Shown here: positions 10,481 through 23,154 of the stretch, piece after piece
Numbering within the stretch: position 1 is the stretch's first letter
How the letters are laid out: each line of letters starts with the position of its first letter
Origin: Stegostoma tigrinum
Lineage: Eukaryota
DNA: 64,000 bases
Direction of reading: 5' to 3'
Assembly (NCBI RefSeq): GCF_030684315.1
Contig: NC_081380.1
Span: 38,682,340-38,746,339 of the forward strand
Program-made: the position numbers and the translations under genes
Notes under the pieces: model-generated
Told to the model about the DNA's origin: nothing
The model's database searches: none
Seen by the model: only the letters and a program-made list of their open reading frames with translations

Positions 10481-12454
10481 TCAGCCCCTTGAGACGGTCT
10501 CGTATTCTGTGAGATCCATAGAAACCCTCCGGTATGGAAGCAAGCCATTTGGCCCATCGAGTCCACAACGACACTCCTAAGAACAGCCCACTCAGATTAT
10601 GGCTGATTTTCATGCCTTTCCTTTAGGGGAAGGCATCTTGCTTTCTGTCTGAGCAAATGATATACTCTGTGTGCTAATATCGTTAGCTGCCATTCTCCAG
10701 CCCATTGTGTCCCCCTCCAATCCCCATTGAGTCTGGAATGCTTCAGGACATTGCGACCTGCCTGTGATAGTGGGGTGTCAGGGTCCAGGTTGTTATGGCA
10801 ACAAGCACTTTCACACGCATGTTGCAATCTGGATCCTGATGGTGGGAAACTGTGGTGTCATTGCATGGCAAAAGCTAGAATTTCTTCACCCTTACCTCCT
10901 GCCATTATGTTGGAAGCGTTTGCAGTTTGATCAACAAAATGTTGGGCTGTGTTGTGAGCACACCTCCCTTGGAGCCATACCCTGTAGTGGGACCCGAACC
11001 TGGAGCCCCTTGCTCAGAGGCAGGGACACTACCTGTTGAGCCATTAGACTCCCGAGTTGCAAGTATCGCTGGATTATTGGCTAAATTATTGTTTATCAAT
11101 TTGTGACTTTGCATCTGAACGAATTGATTTTTGAGAGTCTGGGGTGTTGAGATAGAATCTGCATGGGATACTTTACTAGGCCAGTGATAATAACGGGAAA
11201 CATTACAGTGCAGAAAGGCCTTTCAGCCCATTGTGACCATGCTAGCCCCTCAAAAAAGTACCCCTGTTTCTCTGATCATATCCCGAATAAGATGTTTGGA
11301 CGTGTGGCCTGAGCAGTAGCTGTGTAACTAGAACGGAACTCATAGCTCACTCCATCCCTTGCCTGTTCAGCAAGCCGACACACCTCACTGATTTGTCCCA
11401 TGAGGTGGCTCTGGGCTGTGAAAGCAGCTTTGAAAAAGGCCCAGTGTTTCAGGCCCAGACTAAGCACAGAGTCCCACTGTGTGTGTTTACACCACTGTGA
11501 GAATTGAATCAAATATTGCTGGGTGACCCTGCCCTGGTGCATTCTGCGTTATTACTTTGTAAATGGCCAGATTAACAGATGAATTACGCTGTATAATTAG
11601 CCTGTGAACTTTGTTTCAAAACAAGCCGTGGCTTTCTATTTACTGCTGATATTATACGCTTCCCAGGACTTTTTCAATAACACAATTAATGTAATTTCAA
11701 GAGTCAAACTGCAAAGTCTTTGTCACTGCCTTAATGCAAGTATGTGAATATATGCAATGTGCAAGTATTTATGTGTGTAAAAGTGGATTTGTGTGTGTGT
11801 GCACGCGTGTGTTTCTGTCTATTTTTATGTCTATTTACATCTATATTCTGAAGAAATGCTTGGAAGGCTAACATTCTGATTCCCTGTTACCATTTGGTAA
11901 CAGAGTAAATAAACTGTTGACTGACCGGTTTCAAAGAATTGGGAGAAATAGCTGATGGAGGGGAATTGGTCTGAATTTGTGTGCAGACTGTGTGCAGTCT
12001 TTGATATAACGAGGCTGAGGGAGACAGTGTTTACACCAATTGGCCGCACGTATGCAATTGTTAAACCAGGGAAAAGGGAGCTGCTTTAGGACCAAGGCCA
12101 GGGGAGGCTGAATGCATCATCTGTCACAATTAATGTGACACGACAGTGAGAATATTGGAAGGAGGAGGTGAGTGTGCCTTGGGAATGGGATGGGAAGGGG
12201 GAACCAGTGGTTGCTGGGAGAATGATCAGCTCCAGTTCAATTAGGGTCAGCCAAGCCTTGGAGTATTAAAGGCCTCTCACCGGCTCTGTCAGGATCGATG
12301 TGGACCGGGCACAGCCACTGGATTATGATGACTATTCTAACAGAAGATGCCACAAGTTCCTTCCTGAATTTCAGAGCCCAGCAGCCTCTGTTCTCTAAAG
12401 ACAGTGATGCCTACTTTTCTTGCTCGCATTCTCATTCTCTGTGAGTTGCGTTCA

Positions 12455-12742
12455 GAGAGCAGGGATCTGTCTGCTCCCCTCAATGGACATAAATGTGGCC
12501 ACAGAAAATTGAAGGAGTTTTTTTTCCCAAGAGTCTTGGGCCACTGTTTATCCCTCAGCTGTCTAAAAATAAAAGTGCAGTATTTGGTCATGACCTCATC
12601 AAGTGTTTGTGGGAGCTTGCTGTGCGGGCGTTGGCCACTGTGTTTGGTAAACACTGGTGGGTGCGATTAGTAAGTGCTTCAGCAGCTGTAAAGCACTTTA
12701 GGGCCTTGTCGTGAAAGGAGCTATATAAATACAAAGTCTTTC
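12455..12742 (+). mobile_element. SacSINE1-like DeuSINE body and tail
   Basis: ctgtctgctcccctc..tggaca..tttatccctca..tttgtgggagcttgctgtgcg..gctgtaaagcacttt..gtgaaaggagctatataaatacaaagtcttt. Confidence 0.65.
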
Positions 12743-13147
12743 ATTATTTCATTAAAGCAGCCATACTCTGTTTTGCTCAATGGCTGAGGTGGAATGTGTT
12801 ACCATGGCACTGAGACCCTGAGGCCAAGATGTCAAACTGCTTTTCATTGTCTGGCTGGTTAATATTTGGGACTGTGTTGGCAGTTTTCCTTTACACCCGC
12901 GCACAGTTGCTGTTAGACACATCTCCACACTAAAAGACCTGGAGGAATCTTTGCAGTTAAGGTGACGATATTTTCTGATTGCCTGCTGCCTCAGCTGGGC
13001 AAGCTCACATAAATCACTCTACTTGCCTCAGATCTCACCAACTGCTTTGGTGCCTTTATTGGTGAGACTATCCCAAGATGCATTGCGAGAGAGGGCACCA
13101 GTAGATTCCGCTTGTGTCTGTGGAATTGTCTGGCGTTGATGCCATGG
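12709..13147 (+). repeat. Left arm of long-range inverted duplication
   Basis: Reverse-complement match to 22582-22949; identical blocks 12720-12752, 12781-12808, 12861-12925. Confidence 0.92.
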
Positions 13148-13239
13148 CCCCTTAATCCAACCTGTCAACACCAGAGCGGCCTGCCTGAGGTGAGGGAGTG
13201 CTGTCATGAGATATGGGCACTATAGGTTGGCGGTTATGG

Positions 13240-13570
13240 TCCATCTCTCCTTGCCCTGGAGAAGGTGGTAGTGAGCAACGTTCCCATTAATTTTCCCTAC
13301 CATTGTACAGACCAATCCCAGTGTGCACTGCATTTCTGTGCAATCTGGAGGGAATACTGATGTCGGGCTGCCTTCTTAAACCATCGCAGTCCATGGGATG
13401 TAAGTTATACCCACTGTGCTATGAGGATGGGAATTCCAAAGCTTTGTCCCAGCATCACTGTGAAGAAACAGCGATATAGTTCCAAGCTGGGACGGTGTGT
13501 GATTCGTGTGGGAAGGGGGTAGGGATGAGGGTGGGGATGGATCTTGTGGGCAGTGGTGTCCCTGGTAGCA
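13240..13570 (-). mobile_element. CR1/L2-group LINE 3' tail fragment
   Basis: ttgccctggagaaggtggtagtgagc...gctgccttcttaaaccatcgcagtccat...; reverse of the 6195-6575 family. Confidence 0.6.
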
Positions 13571-13899
13571 AATGGGGAGAGCCACAAAGCAGAGGTGGAT
13601 CTGACTGGATCACCCTTGTGGAATTCAACAGTGTCAGTGAGAAGTGATCAGTACGGCCTTTCATCTTTTGATAGAGCAAGGTTAATTCAGATGACCCCAG
13701 GGACTGAACTGAAACCAAAGCAGCCACTTCCAGCTCACCATGACTCCAGGCCACCAGGAGGTGGTTGGAGAAGGGCTAGTATTCTGTCTGTTCTGAGGAG
13801 AAATGAATGCCAACAGAATCTTGTACACCATAACTCTGTGTTTACTTGTCCTGCCACCAGTGCTATTGTTTCTCCTGTGTGCTTATCCTTCCTATATGG

Positions 13900-14402
13900 G
13901 AAAGGGAAGTTGTGAAACTTGAATGGGCTCAGAAAAGATTTATGAGGCTGTTGCCAGGGTTGGAGGGATTGAGCTACAGGGAGAGGCTGAATAGTCTGGG
14001 GCTGTTTTCCCTGGAGTGTGGGAGGCTGAGGGGTGACGTTATAAGAGTTTTATAAAATCATGAGGGGCACAGATAGGGTAAATAGACAAAGTCTTTTCCC
14101 CAGGGTAAGGGAGCCCAAAACTGGAGGGCACAGGTTTAAGGTGAGTGGGAAAAGATTTGAAAAGGACCTAAGGGGTAACTTTTCTGACGCACAGTGTGGT
14201 GTGTATGGAATGAACTGCCAGAGAAAGTGGTACAGTTAGAACATTTTAAAAGGCGTCTAGATGTGTATATGAATGGGAAAGGCTTTAGAAGGATATGGGC
14301 CAAAGGCTGGCAAATGGGACTAGATTAGTTTAGGATATTTGGTCAGCATGGGAGGAGTTGGACCGAAGGACTTGCTTCAGTGCTGTATATCTCTATGGCT
14401 GT
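13900..14402 (+). mobile_element. CR1/HER1-type LINE 3' end
   Basis: KLEWAQKRFMRLLPGLEGLSYRERLNSLGLFSLECGRLRGD (CR1 ORF2 C-terminus); 3' UTR gttggaccgaagg...gtgctgta. Confidence 0.85.
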
Positions 14403-14994
14403 GTGATCATGTTTTTTTCCCCTCACTGCCCTCAAGAATGTGATGTGCTGGGCCATTTCAGACAACAGTTTAGAATCAACCACTGTTGTTGCTGTGTTTG
14501 ATCTTTGGGCTGATTCCAGCCTCAGACATTTGCCATCAGTGAAATTTATTGATGTTGACGGAAGCAGAAAGACAGAAACCATTTCCTGACTTGCTGAGCT
14601 CCATTTGATGGCACTGTTTTTGGGGGTTCGACACTGTGGGCAGGGGATGAATAGTCAGAGGGGGGAATGGGGCAGCCTGGAGTCTAGCTCAAGGTCAGGT
14701 TACAGAGAGCTGTTTGAGAGAGACCCTGACAAAGTGGGAAGGGGGACAGGCTGGGAGTTCAGCAAATGCTGGGAATACCTGGGTTAAGACACTGACAGAC
14801 TGAGGCTGGGTGTGTACCTGTACTGGATGGGGAGCCTGTTGCTTCAAAGACCCTTCCCCAGTATCATAACAATTCTTAGACGTTGACCCTTCCCCATCCC
14901 AGCAGCACCTGATCACACAGAAGCTTTTAGCAAGTGTCTTTCAACACCTTATCTCATCACATGTGGGCTTCAGGAATGTTATTATTGACACTTT

Positions 14995-15425
14995 TACACC
15001 CATTCTCACACTCTCACTCGCACTCATCCTCTCACTTTCTCACACATGCCCATCCTCTCACTTTCTCACACTCGCCCATCCTCTCACTTTCTCACACTCG
15101 CCCATCCTCTCACTTTTATACACGCCTTCACTTTGGCACTCGTCCTCTCACTCTCACAGTCTCACACTCTCATTCATACTTGTACTTCCTCACTCGCACT
15201 TTCTCTCTCTCACCCTCGTTTTACCATTCTCAGACTTTTGCAGATTCACTCACTTACCCTCCCCTTCACACTTGCACACGCTCAGCCTTGCTGTCTCCCC
15301 CACCCCCCACCATTACTCACGCTTTCGCAGTGTCGTTTCACAGCTCTCACAGCCCCGCTTTCTCACTCCTGTGCTCTCACATGCAGCCTCAGTGAGATAC
15401 ACTCACATTGTCACAATCACACTCA
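14995..15425 (+). repeat. CA/CT-rich low-complexity region with ~4 copies of a 26-bp unit
   Basis: cactcgcccatcctctcactttctca repeated at ~15020-15118. Confidence 0.8.
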
Positions 15426-15964
15426 GTAATGGAGACCCATTGCAGAAGGATCTGGGGTGGGGTTTGGGTTTGGGCAATCTGCCCTAGCCCCCTCCAGCAG
15501 CACTTGGACAGGCTATCAGACGGATAGTGGGGGAGACTGAGACTGTACCTTCCCTGGCCAGTGGGCTGGAAAGGAGCTGTGTGTTTGTTGACCTGCTTTC
15601 AACTTGAAGCCCACAACTAGGGTGAATTCAATAGGAGCGAAACTCAAAAACACAACACTGTAATCATTTCCAACCAATGGTTGGGTTCTCTGAAAGTGGG
15701 GAATCATTCCTGGTTTGACTGCAGTGTTTGATGGCAGGTTTTTTCATTAATAATTAACTTTGAAACTTAGAGCTTTGATTCTGTTTGCCCTCCCACCCTA
15801 CCTGAATTGATTTTGTTTTTGTTTTATGCGGTTTTGTATTAATCAAGTAAACAGCACCTGATTCCCATTAGCAGAGCAGTGATTGCCTGGAGCTCTGTCC
15901 TTGCTCCCTGTACCCCTAGCGCTCTGATCCAGAGAGGTCTTAACCCTTACTCTGCTGGGTAACA

Positions 15965-16155
15965 AGAGCAGAGAGCTCTGGAGAGACTTAGCAGGTCTGT
16001 GAAGAGAGTAACTCAGTTAATGTTTCATGTCCAATGATCTCCTTCTGTTCTGTTAATGTTAACTCTGTTTCTCTCTCTACAGCCCTGCTGAGTTTCTCCA
16101 GCACTCTCTGTTTATGTTCATTTTAGCCATCCAGCATCCACAGTTTTTTGTTTTA
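15965..16155. mobile_element. Decayed inverted pair of family-B Penelope-like fragments
   Basis: ctggagagacttagcagg...agttaatgtttc facing aatgttaactctgtttctctctctacagccctgctgagtttctccagc. Confidence 0.55.
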
Positions 16156-16349
16156 GATAAAGGGTCCAGCCCACTGGGTTCCAGCCACAGAATCGTGACT
16201 TGTTATGTACTCGAGGAAGGGTCAACTATTTTGTTAGGCCTGATCATTTAATTTTGCTTTTACAGAGCTGCATTAATTGAATTCCTAACCACACCCCTCT
16301 GCAAAGCCCCTTTCCCCACCTCCCCCACCCCTGGTGGACTGTTCACCTT

Positions 16350-16455
16350 CATTCTGAAGAAGGGCCTCTGTGCTTGAAACATTAACTCTGCTTTCTGTCT
16401 CCACAGATGCTGCCTGACCTGCTGAGTTTCTCCAGCAGTTTCGGTTTTTCTTTCA
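16350..16455 (+). mobile_element. Penelope-like family-B fragment with hammerhead-like motif
   Basis: attCTGAAGAagggcctctgtgcttGAAAcattaactctgctttctgtctccacagatgctgcc. Confidence 0.7.
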
Positions 16456-18367
16456 CGTTATGTCGTGTTCCTTCAGGACTCTGTGCTTGCCTGTGTGTTT
16501 AGGAAGGGAGTGAGTAGATGGGGTGAGCAAGGAGGTGCGTGTGAGTGTTCTATGGTGAGGAGGGAAGGGACAGACTGATGGATGAAATTAGGGTAAATAT
16601 TTATTTATGACTCGAACAGATGATGATCCACCCCATCACCTCTTTATCGGACTCGATAGTACTGATGCATTTAAATTCAGAAATAGTAATGGGCTTGAAA
16701 ATTGGACTGTGATTGCCTGCGAGCAGCCTTGGAGTCTCCATCAGAATGTTTTCATTTCTTTTGAGGATACTTTTAGCGTTGCCGTGGCAACACTTTGCCA
16801 CTCTATATACTGACCGAGAATGCAATTTTTGCCCGGTGCATGCTAATCTCAGCAGCCAGATCGAAAGTGCCATGTGGCTGTGACCTATCAGCAGTGACCC
16901 TCACCTGAAGGATAAGCAAGGTCGGACCCTTCACGGACTGATGCTGCGGCCGGGCACAGGGAGACAGGACGTGCATTTGCATAGCGCCTCTCAGGACTTC
17001 GGGGTGACCCAAGGTGGCCCTGCTGCTGACAAACTCCGTAAGCACAGGAGAGGGAGAAGGGAACACAGTAAATACCGACCGAGGGGGCAAGAGGAGGCCG
17101 TTCTGGCCCCCTCCCCGAGCCTGCTTTGCCAGTTGATAACATAGTGGCCAATCTGACAGCAGCCAGCCTGATGGCCCAGATCGATCTAGCTCTTGTTTTC
17201 ACAAAAAAAATTCAAGCAGCCCAGATACGTCTTGGGGAGCAGAGATCCCCACAGATCCTCGAATCTCGGACAGAGGAAAGAGAATGTGCTGCTTGCCTTC
17301 TGCCTCAAACAGGAGACCCTTTATTTTTAAACAGTGTGTTCGACCCCAGCTCGAGTCACTGTTATGAGGGGAGGCATCATCTCAGTCAAGCCCTCTTGCA
17401 TATTGCAATCAGATCACCTCTCATTCATCTCAACTCTAATGGGCACAGGCTGCTCAACCATTCCTCCTAGGTTTGGCATGCACCAACCCCCTCAAAATTA
17501 AAAAAACTAACGTATTTATGGTTTGGAGTAAAACTCGAAGGGACCCATGACAAGTATAAACAGCAGTACAGACATGTTAGGCCGCATAGCCTGTTTTGAT
17601 GCGGTGGGTACTTTGTGAGAGCAGCTTCTGAAGGTGACATCTTCCACGCATTGAGGCCCCACATACAGAGATGGGGTGCAGCGATCACCCCCTCATCCTG
17701 CTTTGTTGGCTGTGTTTCTTTGGAATCCATCTTGATTTGTGACTGCCTCACGGGTTGCTAGCGCAGATCCCAGAGAGAGCAGGACTGACCGGGTACTGAC
17801 TGACTCTCATATATTCTGTGGAACTGCTCCTGCTTTATTGCCTAGCTGTCCGAGCCAGGTAGTTCGAAGGGGGCTTTGCTGTAATTATTGGTGCTGTCGT
17901 GACACTGCCACAGCTCACTAACCTCACTTAACACCACCCCCCCACCCCATGCTCTGCCAAAACCCAAGCCCCCTTTGCCAAAAGCAATTTGAATGAGTGA
18001 GTTTAATTTTAAATGTGATCATTTAAGGTTTTTATCAACCCAGATCTACAGGGGAATATCAAAGTTCGGCTTTTGAAACCTGCCCTAATTATTTGTTAGC
18101 GAGTATATTAAAAAAAAATCGATTCTGTACTGGCTTGGCACTTGCTGGGTTATCTTGCTCAGGAATTCGTCAAATTCTGTTTGTAAAATGCCGATTTTTT
18201 TTAAAAAAAATTCTGTGACTTAAAAATGCTGAAATGTTAGAAATACAAAGCGTATTGATTGGTATCTGAAAGAGAGGCATAATATATCACACTTGAAAAT
18301 CCTTTTGACATGTTGTTGCTGGTTACTGTTTCAGAGATGGTTTGACATTTCCAACAGTATCTGCTCT

Positions 18368-18830
18368 TAGAAACAGAGAAAATAGGAACAGCAGTAGGCC
18401 ATTCAGCCCTCCAAGTCTGCACCACCATTCAATATGATCATGGCTGATCATGCAACCTTAATATCCCATTCCCGTTTTCTCTCCTTATCTCTTTGATCCC
18501 TTTAGCCTCAGGGCCATATCCAGCTCCCTATTGAACATATTTAATGAACAGGCCCCAACAGCTTCTGGTGGGAGAGAGAATTCCTCATGTTCACATCTCT
18601 CCGAGTGAAGAAATTCTTCCTCACCTCAGCCCTGAATGGCTTATCCCTTTTGCTTAGACTGTGACCCCTAATTCTGGATTTCCCCAACATCCGGGAACAT
18701 TCATCCTGCAACTAGTCTGTCCAGTCCCATCAGGCTTTTATAGGTTTCTGTGAGATTCCAGCCCCCCACCCCGCCAATCATGTCTTAAAATTCCAGCAAA
18801 TACAAGCCCAATCGATCCAACCTTTCTTCT
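18368..18830 (-). mobile_element. CR1-type LINE 3' end
   Basis: tagaaacagagaaaataggaacagcagtaggccattcagccc... tail; minus-strand RLDRLGLYLLEF. Confidence 0.8.
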
Positions 18831-18869
18831 TCATTTCTGCAAGGAGCAAGTTTTCTAGCTGAGAAATAA

Positions 18870-18982
18870 GTAAGAACTGACATTGCTGGAGCCAGAGATA
18901 ACAAGATGTGGAGCTTGAGGAACACAGCAGGCCAGGCAGCATTAGTGGAGCAGGAAAGCTGATGTTTTGGGTCAGGGCTAAT
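18870..18982 (-). mobile_element. Penelope-like family A, single arm
   Basis: gataacaagatgtggagcttgaggaacacagcaggccaggcagcattagtggagcaggaaagctgatgttttgggtc. Confidence 0.7.
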
Positions 18983-19539
18983 TTTTAAGCAGAATCTTTT
19001 TTTTTCCACATCCAAAGGCTTGTGTGGGATTTCCAAGAGGTTGGAAACTTATTGACGGGTACCAGCTCATGCAGACTAAGTTCACTGTCAACTGAGTCAA
19101 CTGACTTGTTTGTAAGACTGCTTCCCATCCTGATGTACAATGCTACAAGGATTTCTGCCTTGGATATGGAGGGAGGGATCGGACCTGAATTGGGAATGGG
19201 CTAAGTTCGTGCATTCCGAACTTTCTTCCCCGAGACCCCACTGTAATGCTTTAATGCAAATTGGATTTTGCCTACAATAGTTTTAAAGGCTGTTGGAGCT
19301 TTGGCTCCACTCCTGCCATTCACAACCCTCCATAGCGGGAGAATTCCAGGAAAGTCCGATACTGAGCTTAGTCAACCATTGGGACTTTCCATGCGTAAAC
19401 AGCCCACAAAGTAAAAAGATACAGTATAAAGCTGCCAGACCTCCTCTTCGACAATTTCTGTTTTTGTGTCAGTAACATTAGAAAAGAATTATATAGGATA
19501 TTAGATATACACAATGGGTTTGCAGAGCGTGTCGAGGTG

Positions 19540-19716
19540 TGACATATATTGGCCCTGTGTGGGTGGCTGTCTTGTGTTTGGGGTAAGTGTGTGTGTCACG
19601 TGTAATGGCCTTATGCATGTATATGTCCTGTTTATTGGCTCTGCCTCTCTCTCTGTACTGCGTATAGGCCTGACGTGTGTTTGTGTCCAATGTGTGGCCA
19701 TGTGTTGATTCTGCCC

Positions 19717-19761
<45 letters not shown>

Positions 19762-20030
19762 TTGCATATTGACTGCCTTTTTCTGCATGTGGCCTGCATA
19801 TTAACTGTGTCTGTTTTCAAGAGGCCTGTATATGATTGTGCTTCTGCATGTGTGGCCTGTGTATTGATTGTCCATGAGTACATGTAGCTTGTGTATGGAT
19901 TGTCCCTCTAATGTGTGTGTGTGGCCTGTGTATTGACTCTGTTGCTCTGTGTGTCCATCCTGTGTATTGACCTAGACTGTATTTTTGCCCTGTGTTTGGG
20001 CCTGTGTGTTGACCTGTGTGCGAGACCACA
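19540..20030 (+). repeat. (TG)n microsatellite (~19719-19760) within a TG-rich degenerate repeat
   Basis: ~20 pure TG units plus recurring tgtggcctgtgtattga. Confidence 0.88.
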
Positions 20031-21360
20031 GTGAGTCAATGATCCCCTTGCCCTGTGCTTTGAGATTTTCTGGCATTTCTGCAACTCTGCTCAGAAGAAT
20101 CTCTCTTAATTGGTGCCCGGAGAGTTAAGTCGCTGTTTTTGAAACTCTGATGCTCACAACAGATGTGTTTTTGATCTCTTTAATTCTCCTGTGGGCTCTT
20201 AAGTACGTGTCTGGGAAAGACAATGTTTCTAAGCCAGAAACAAAGCTACTTAGGAGAGCAGGTCAGTAAAGTGGGATGAATACACAACTCCTTAATTGTT
20301 GTATTTGCTCTATTCGAAAATTGAGTCTGGCCCCTAGTTTCATATTTAATGGGGGCCGTACAGAATTGTGCTTCTGCTGGAGGTTACAATCAGTTTCACT
20401 CACTGAGACACAAACTCAAGGCTACAACATTAATTGAAGGGATCTGTGTGTTGCTGGCTAGGTTAGCATTTGTTGCCCAAGCCTACTTGGCCAGAGGGCA
20501 GTTATGAGTCAGCCACATTGCTGTGGGTCTGGACATGCATGGAGGCCAGTGCAGGCAAGGTCCTTCCTCCTGCTCTCGTACCCCTGCAGTTCAGATCTCA
20601 CAGCACAGCCCACTTAATATGCTGGGGTTTAAAGGGCTGTGTCTGCCCCCCAGAATCAGGGACATTCCCCTAATCAGGGAAATGGTGCCCCCTGTTTAAA
20701 GGATGCTTCTAATACAGTTTCATCACTGGGCCCACTTAGCCAGCTTGGCTTGGTTGTAGTGCTCCTGCCTAGTTAGCTGTAAGGTGGTGGGCTGTAATCA
20801 CGTCCCGAGACTCCAGAATACGTGCCAAGCTGATACTTTGGTGGAGTCGTTGAAAACAGTCAGTATGGAGACATTATACTGAGGCTGGGAGAGAGGCTGG
20901 ATCCCAGAGCATTGATGGGAATATTTTCTGGACACCCTTTCAAACACAATCACTAAAACAATTGAACCTCCCTTTTACCGCATTTTGGTGCATGACATCT
21001 TGTCACACATGAACATTTAATAAATTAATCCATTGGATGTGAAGCGATTTGGGGAGAGCTAGAAGGTGCTATTTGAACATAAGTGTTATTCTTCAGGTAC
21101 TCGTACCATCCTGCATCACTGCTTCATTGTGAAAATCAAACTGAATCATTATTCCACTATGGTCTGGCCTCATTTGCCATTGTTTAGGGGATCACATTCT
21201 CCCATTTGGTCAATCTTCTGGGAGAACTGCCAACCCAGTGATTAGATGTGGGAACAGAAGCCAGCTGTTCAGCCCATCAGGTCTACTCTGCCATTCAGTG
21301 AGATGTATGGTGATGTTGATCCATGGCAGAGTTGAATCTGAGCTATGACAAAAGTTTTTG

Positions 21361-21578
21361 AGATAACGCGGTGTGGAGCTGGATGAACACAGCAGGCCAA
21401 GCAGCATCAGAGGAGCAGGAAGGCTGACGTTTCGGGCCGAGAGCCTTTTTCAAAAGAAGAGTCTAGGCCTGAAACGTCAGCCTTCCTGCTCCCCTAATGC
21501 TGCTTGGCCTGCTGTGTTCATCCACGTCTACACCTTGGTATCTCAGATTTTCCAGCATCTGCAGTTCCTACTATCTTT
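21361..21578 (+). mobile_element. Palindromic Penelope-like element, family A
   Basis: Arms agataacgcggtgtggagctggatgaacacagcaggccaagcagc... / ...gctgcttggcctgctgtgttcatcc...; degenerate TSD tgacaaaagtttttg / tgacagtagttttg. Confidence 0.8.
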
Positions 21579-21904
21579 TGACAGTAGTTTTGTTGATTTA
21601 TCCTGGCACCTCTTTCCTGTATCTACATCACCAGGGATAGATCCTTAAATACCAACACTTGATCGCAGTGGTGGCCGTCTCATAATTCTCTCAACTCAGC
21701 ACCAGAATATTGTGGATTCTGTAATGATAATTGCCTTGTGCATTTATCCATTCAAGGCTACTATACAGACATTAAAGCAGCAGCAGAAGTCTTCCAGGGA
21801 GACGTAATAAAAATGATTCATGTGTCACAGTCTGGGCAGTTCTAATTCTGAGTGTATCTGGCTGGGTGTGTAAATGTTTTTGCCCTAAGAACGTTACAGT
21901 TTCA

Positions 21905-22145
21905 AGTCATGATGCAGTGACTTCCCCACGTAATCTCATCTGAAAGTCCCTTGTCAGCACAAAGGGAGTGCTGCTCTGTCAAAGGCGCGACTTTCTGCAT
22001 GAGACATTAAACTGGATGGGGGAGATTGTGTTTTCCCAACATCCTGGTCACTATTTATCACTCAGTTACCGCAAAGAGATTATGCAGTCAGAATAATGCT
22101 GCTGTTTTGTGGAAACTGGTGTGCAGGTAGATGCAACGTTTGCTC
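21905..22145 (+). mobile_element. SacSINE1-like DeuSINE central (Deu-domain-like) fragment
   Basis: gggagtgctgctctgtcaaaggcgcgactttctgcatgagacattaaac. Confidence 0.55.
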
Positions 22146-22169
22146 CCTTAAGACTGCCTCTGCATATTT

Positions 22170-22495
22170 GCAAAATGAGCTGCGGCAACTTGGAAACTCC
22201 CTGCAAACGCACCTTCTGAAACCGCAATCTGTACCATCCAGAAGGCTCAGGGCAGCTGGTTCATGAGAGCACCACGCATGGCTGTAAGTTCTCCGAGCGA
22301 GTCACTACGCTGATGTAGAAGTACATTGACATTCTTTCAGTGTGGCGGTGTCAAAATCCTGGCATGTCCTTCCTGACAGCAGTGTGAGTGTGAGCATACC
22401 TTCTCCTGAATAATTGCAGTGATTTAAGAAGGCAGTTAGGAATGCGCAGTAAATGCTGGCCTTGCCCAAAGCCCATGTCCCCGGATTAAAGATCA
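22170..22495 (+). mobile_element. CR1/L2-group LINE 3' tail fragment
   Basis: gcaccttctgaaaccgc...tcaaaatcctgg...aagaaggcag...taaatgctggccttgcc. Confidence 0.6.
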
Positions 22496-22581
22496 TTCCC
22501 TCACCTCAATCCAGGCAGGATGGGATAGGGAACTAGTGGAGGCTGGCCTGGTGTGGGCAGGTTGGACCAAGGGGCCTGTTC

Positions 22582-22949
22582 CCGTGGTGTCCACGCCAGA
22601 CAATTCGACAGAGACAAGTGGCGTCCAGTTATGCCCTCTCTCACAATGCATCTTGGGATTGTTCACACCATTTACAGACACAAAAGGATTGCAAGCGGTG
22701 GGTGAAACACAAAGTCGAGATTTTTTAGTGCAGAGATGTGTCTAACAGCAACTGTGCGCGGGTGTAAAGGAAAACTGCCAACACAGTCCCAAATATTTAC
22801 CAGACAGACCACAAGAAGCCATTTTACATCTTGGCCTCAGGCCTCAGCGCCATGGTAACACATTCCACCTCAGCCACTGAGCGAAACAATGCACAGCTGC
22901 TTTTGATGAAATAATGAAAGACTTTGTATTTATATAGCACTTTTCATGA
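22582..22949 (-). repeat. Right arm of long-range inverted duplication
   Basis: Reverse complement of 12709-13147; 22733-22797 is the exact reverse complement of 12861-12925. Confidence 0.92.
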
Positions 22950-23154
22950 ACTGCCAAAGGATAAGGGCAGCTGAACACCACCACCTGAAAGCTCCTCTCA
23001 AAGTCACACACCAGTATTACTTAGAACTATGTTGCAGTTCCTTCACTGTTGCTGGGTCAAAATCCTGAAATTCCCTTCATTGCACTGCTGTGGGTAACAC
23101 TCAATCCGCCCACAGCAAGCTCCTGCAAATAGCTGTTACAGAACCTGTTTTGGG

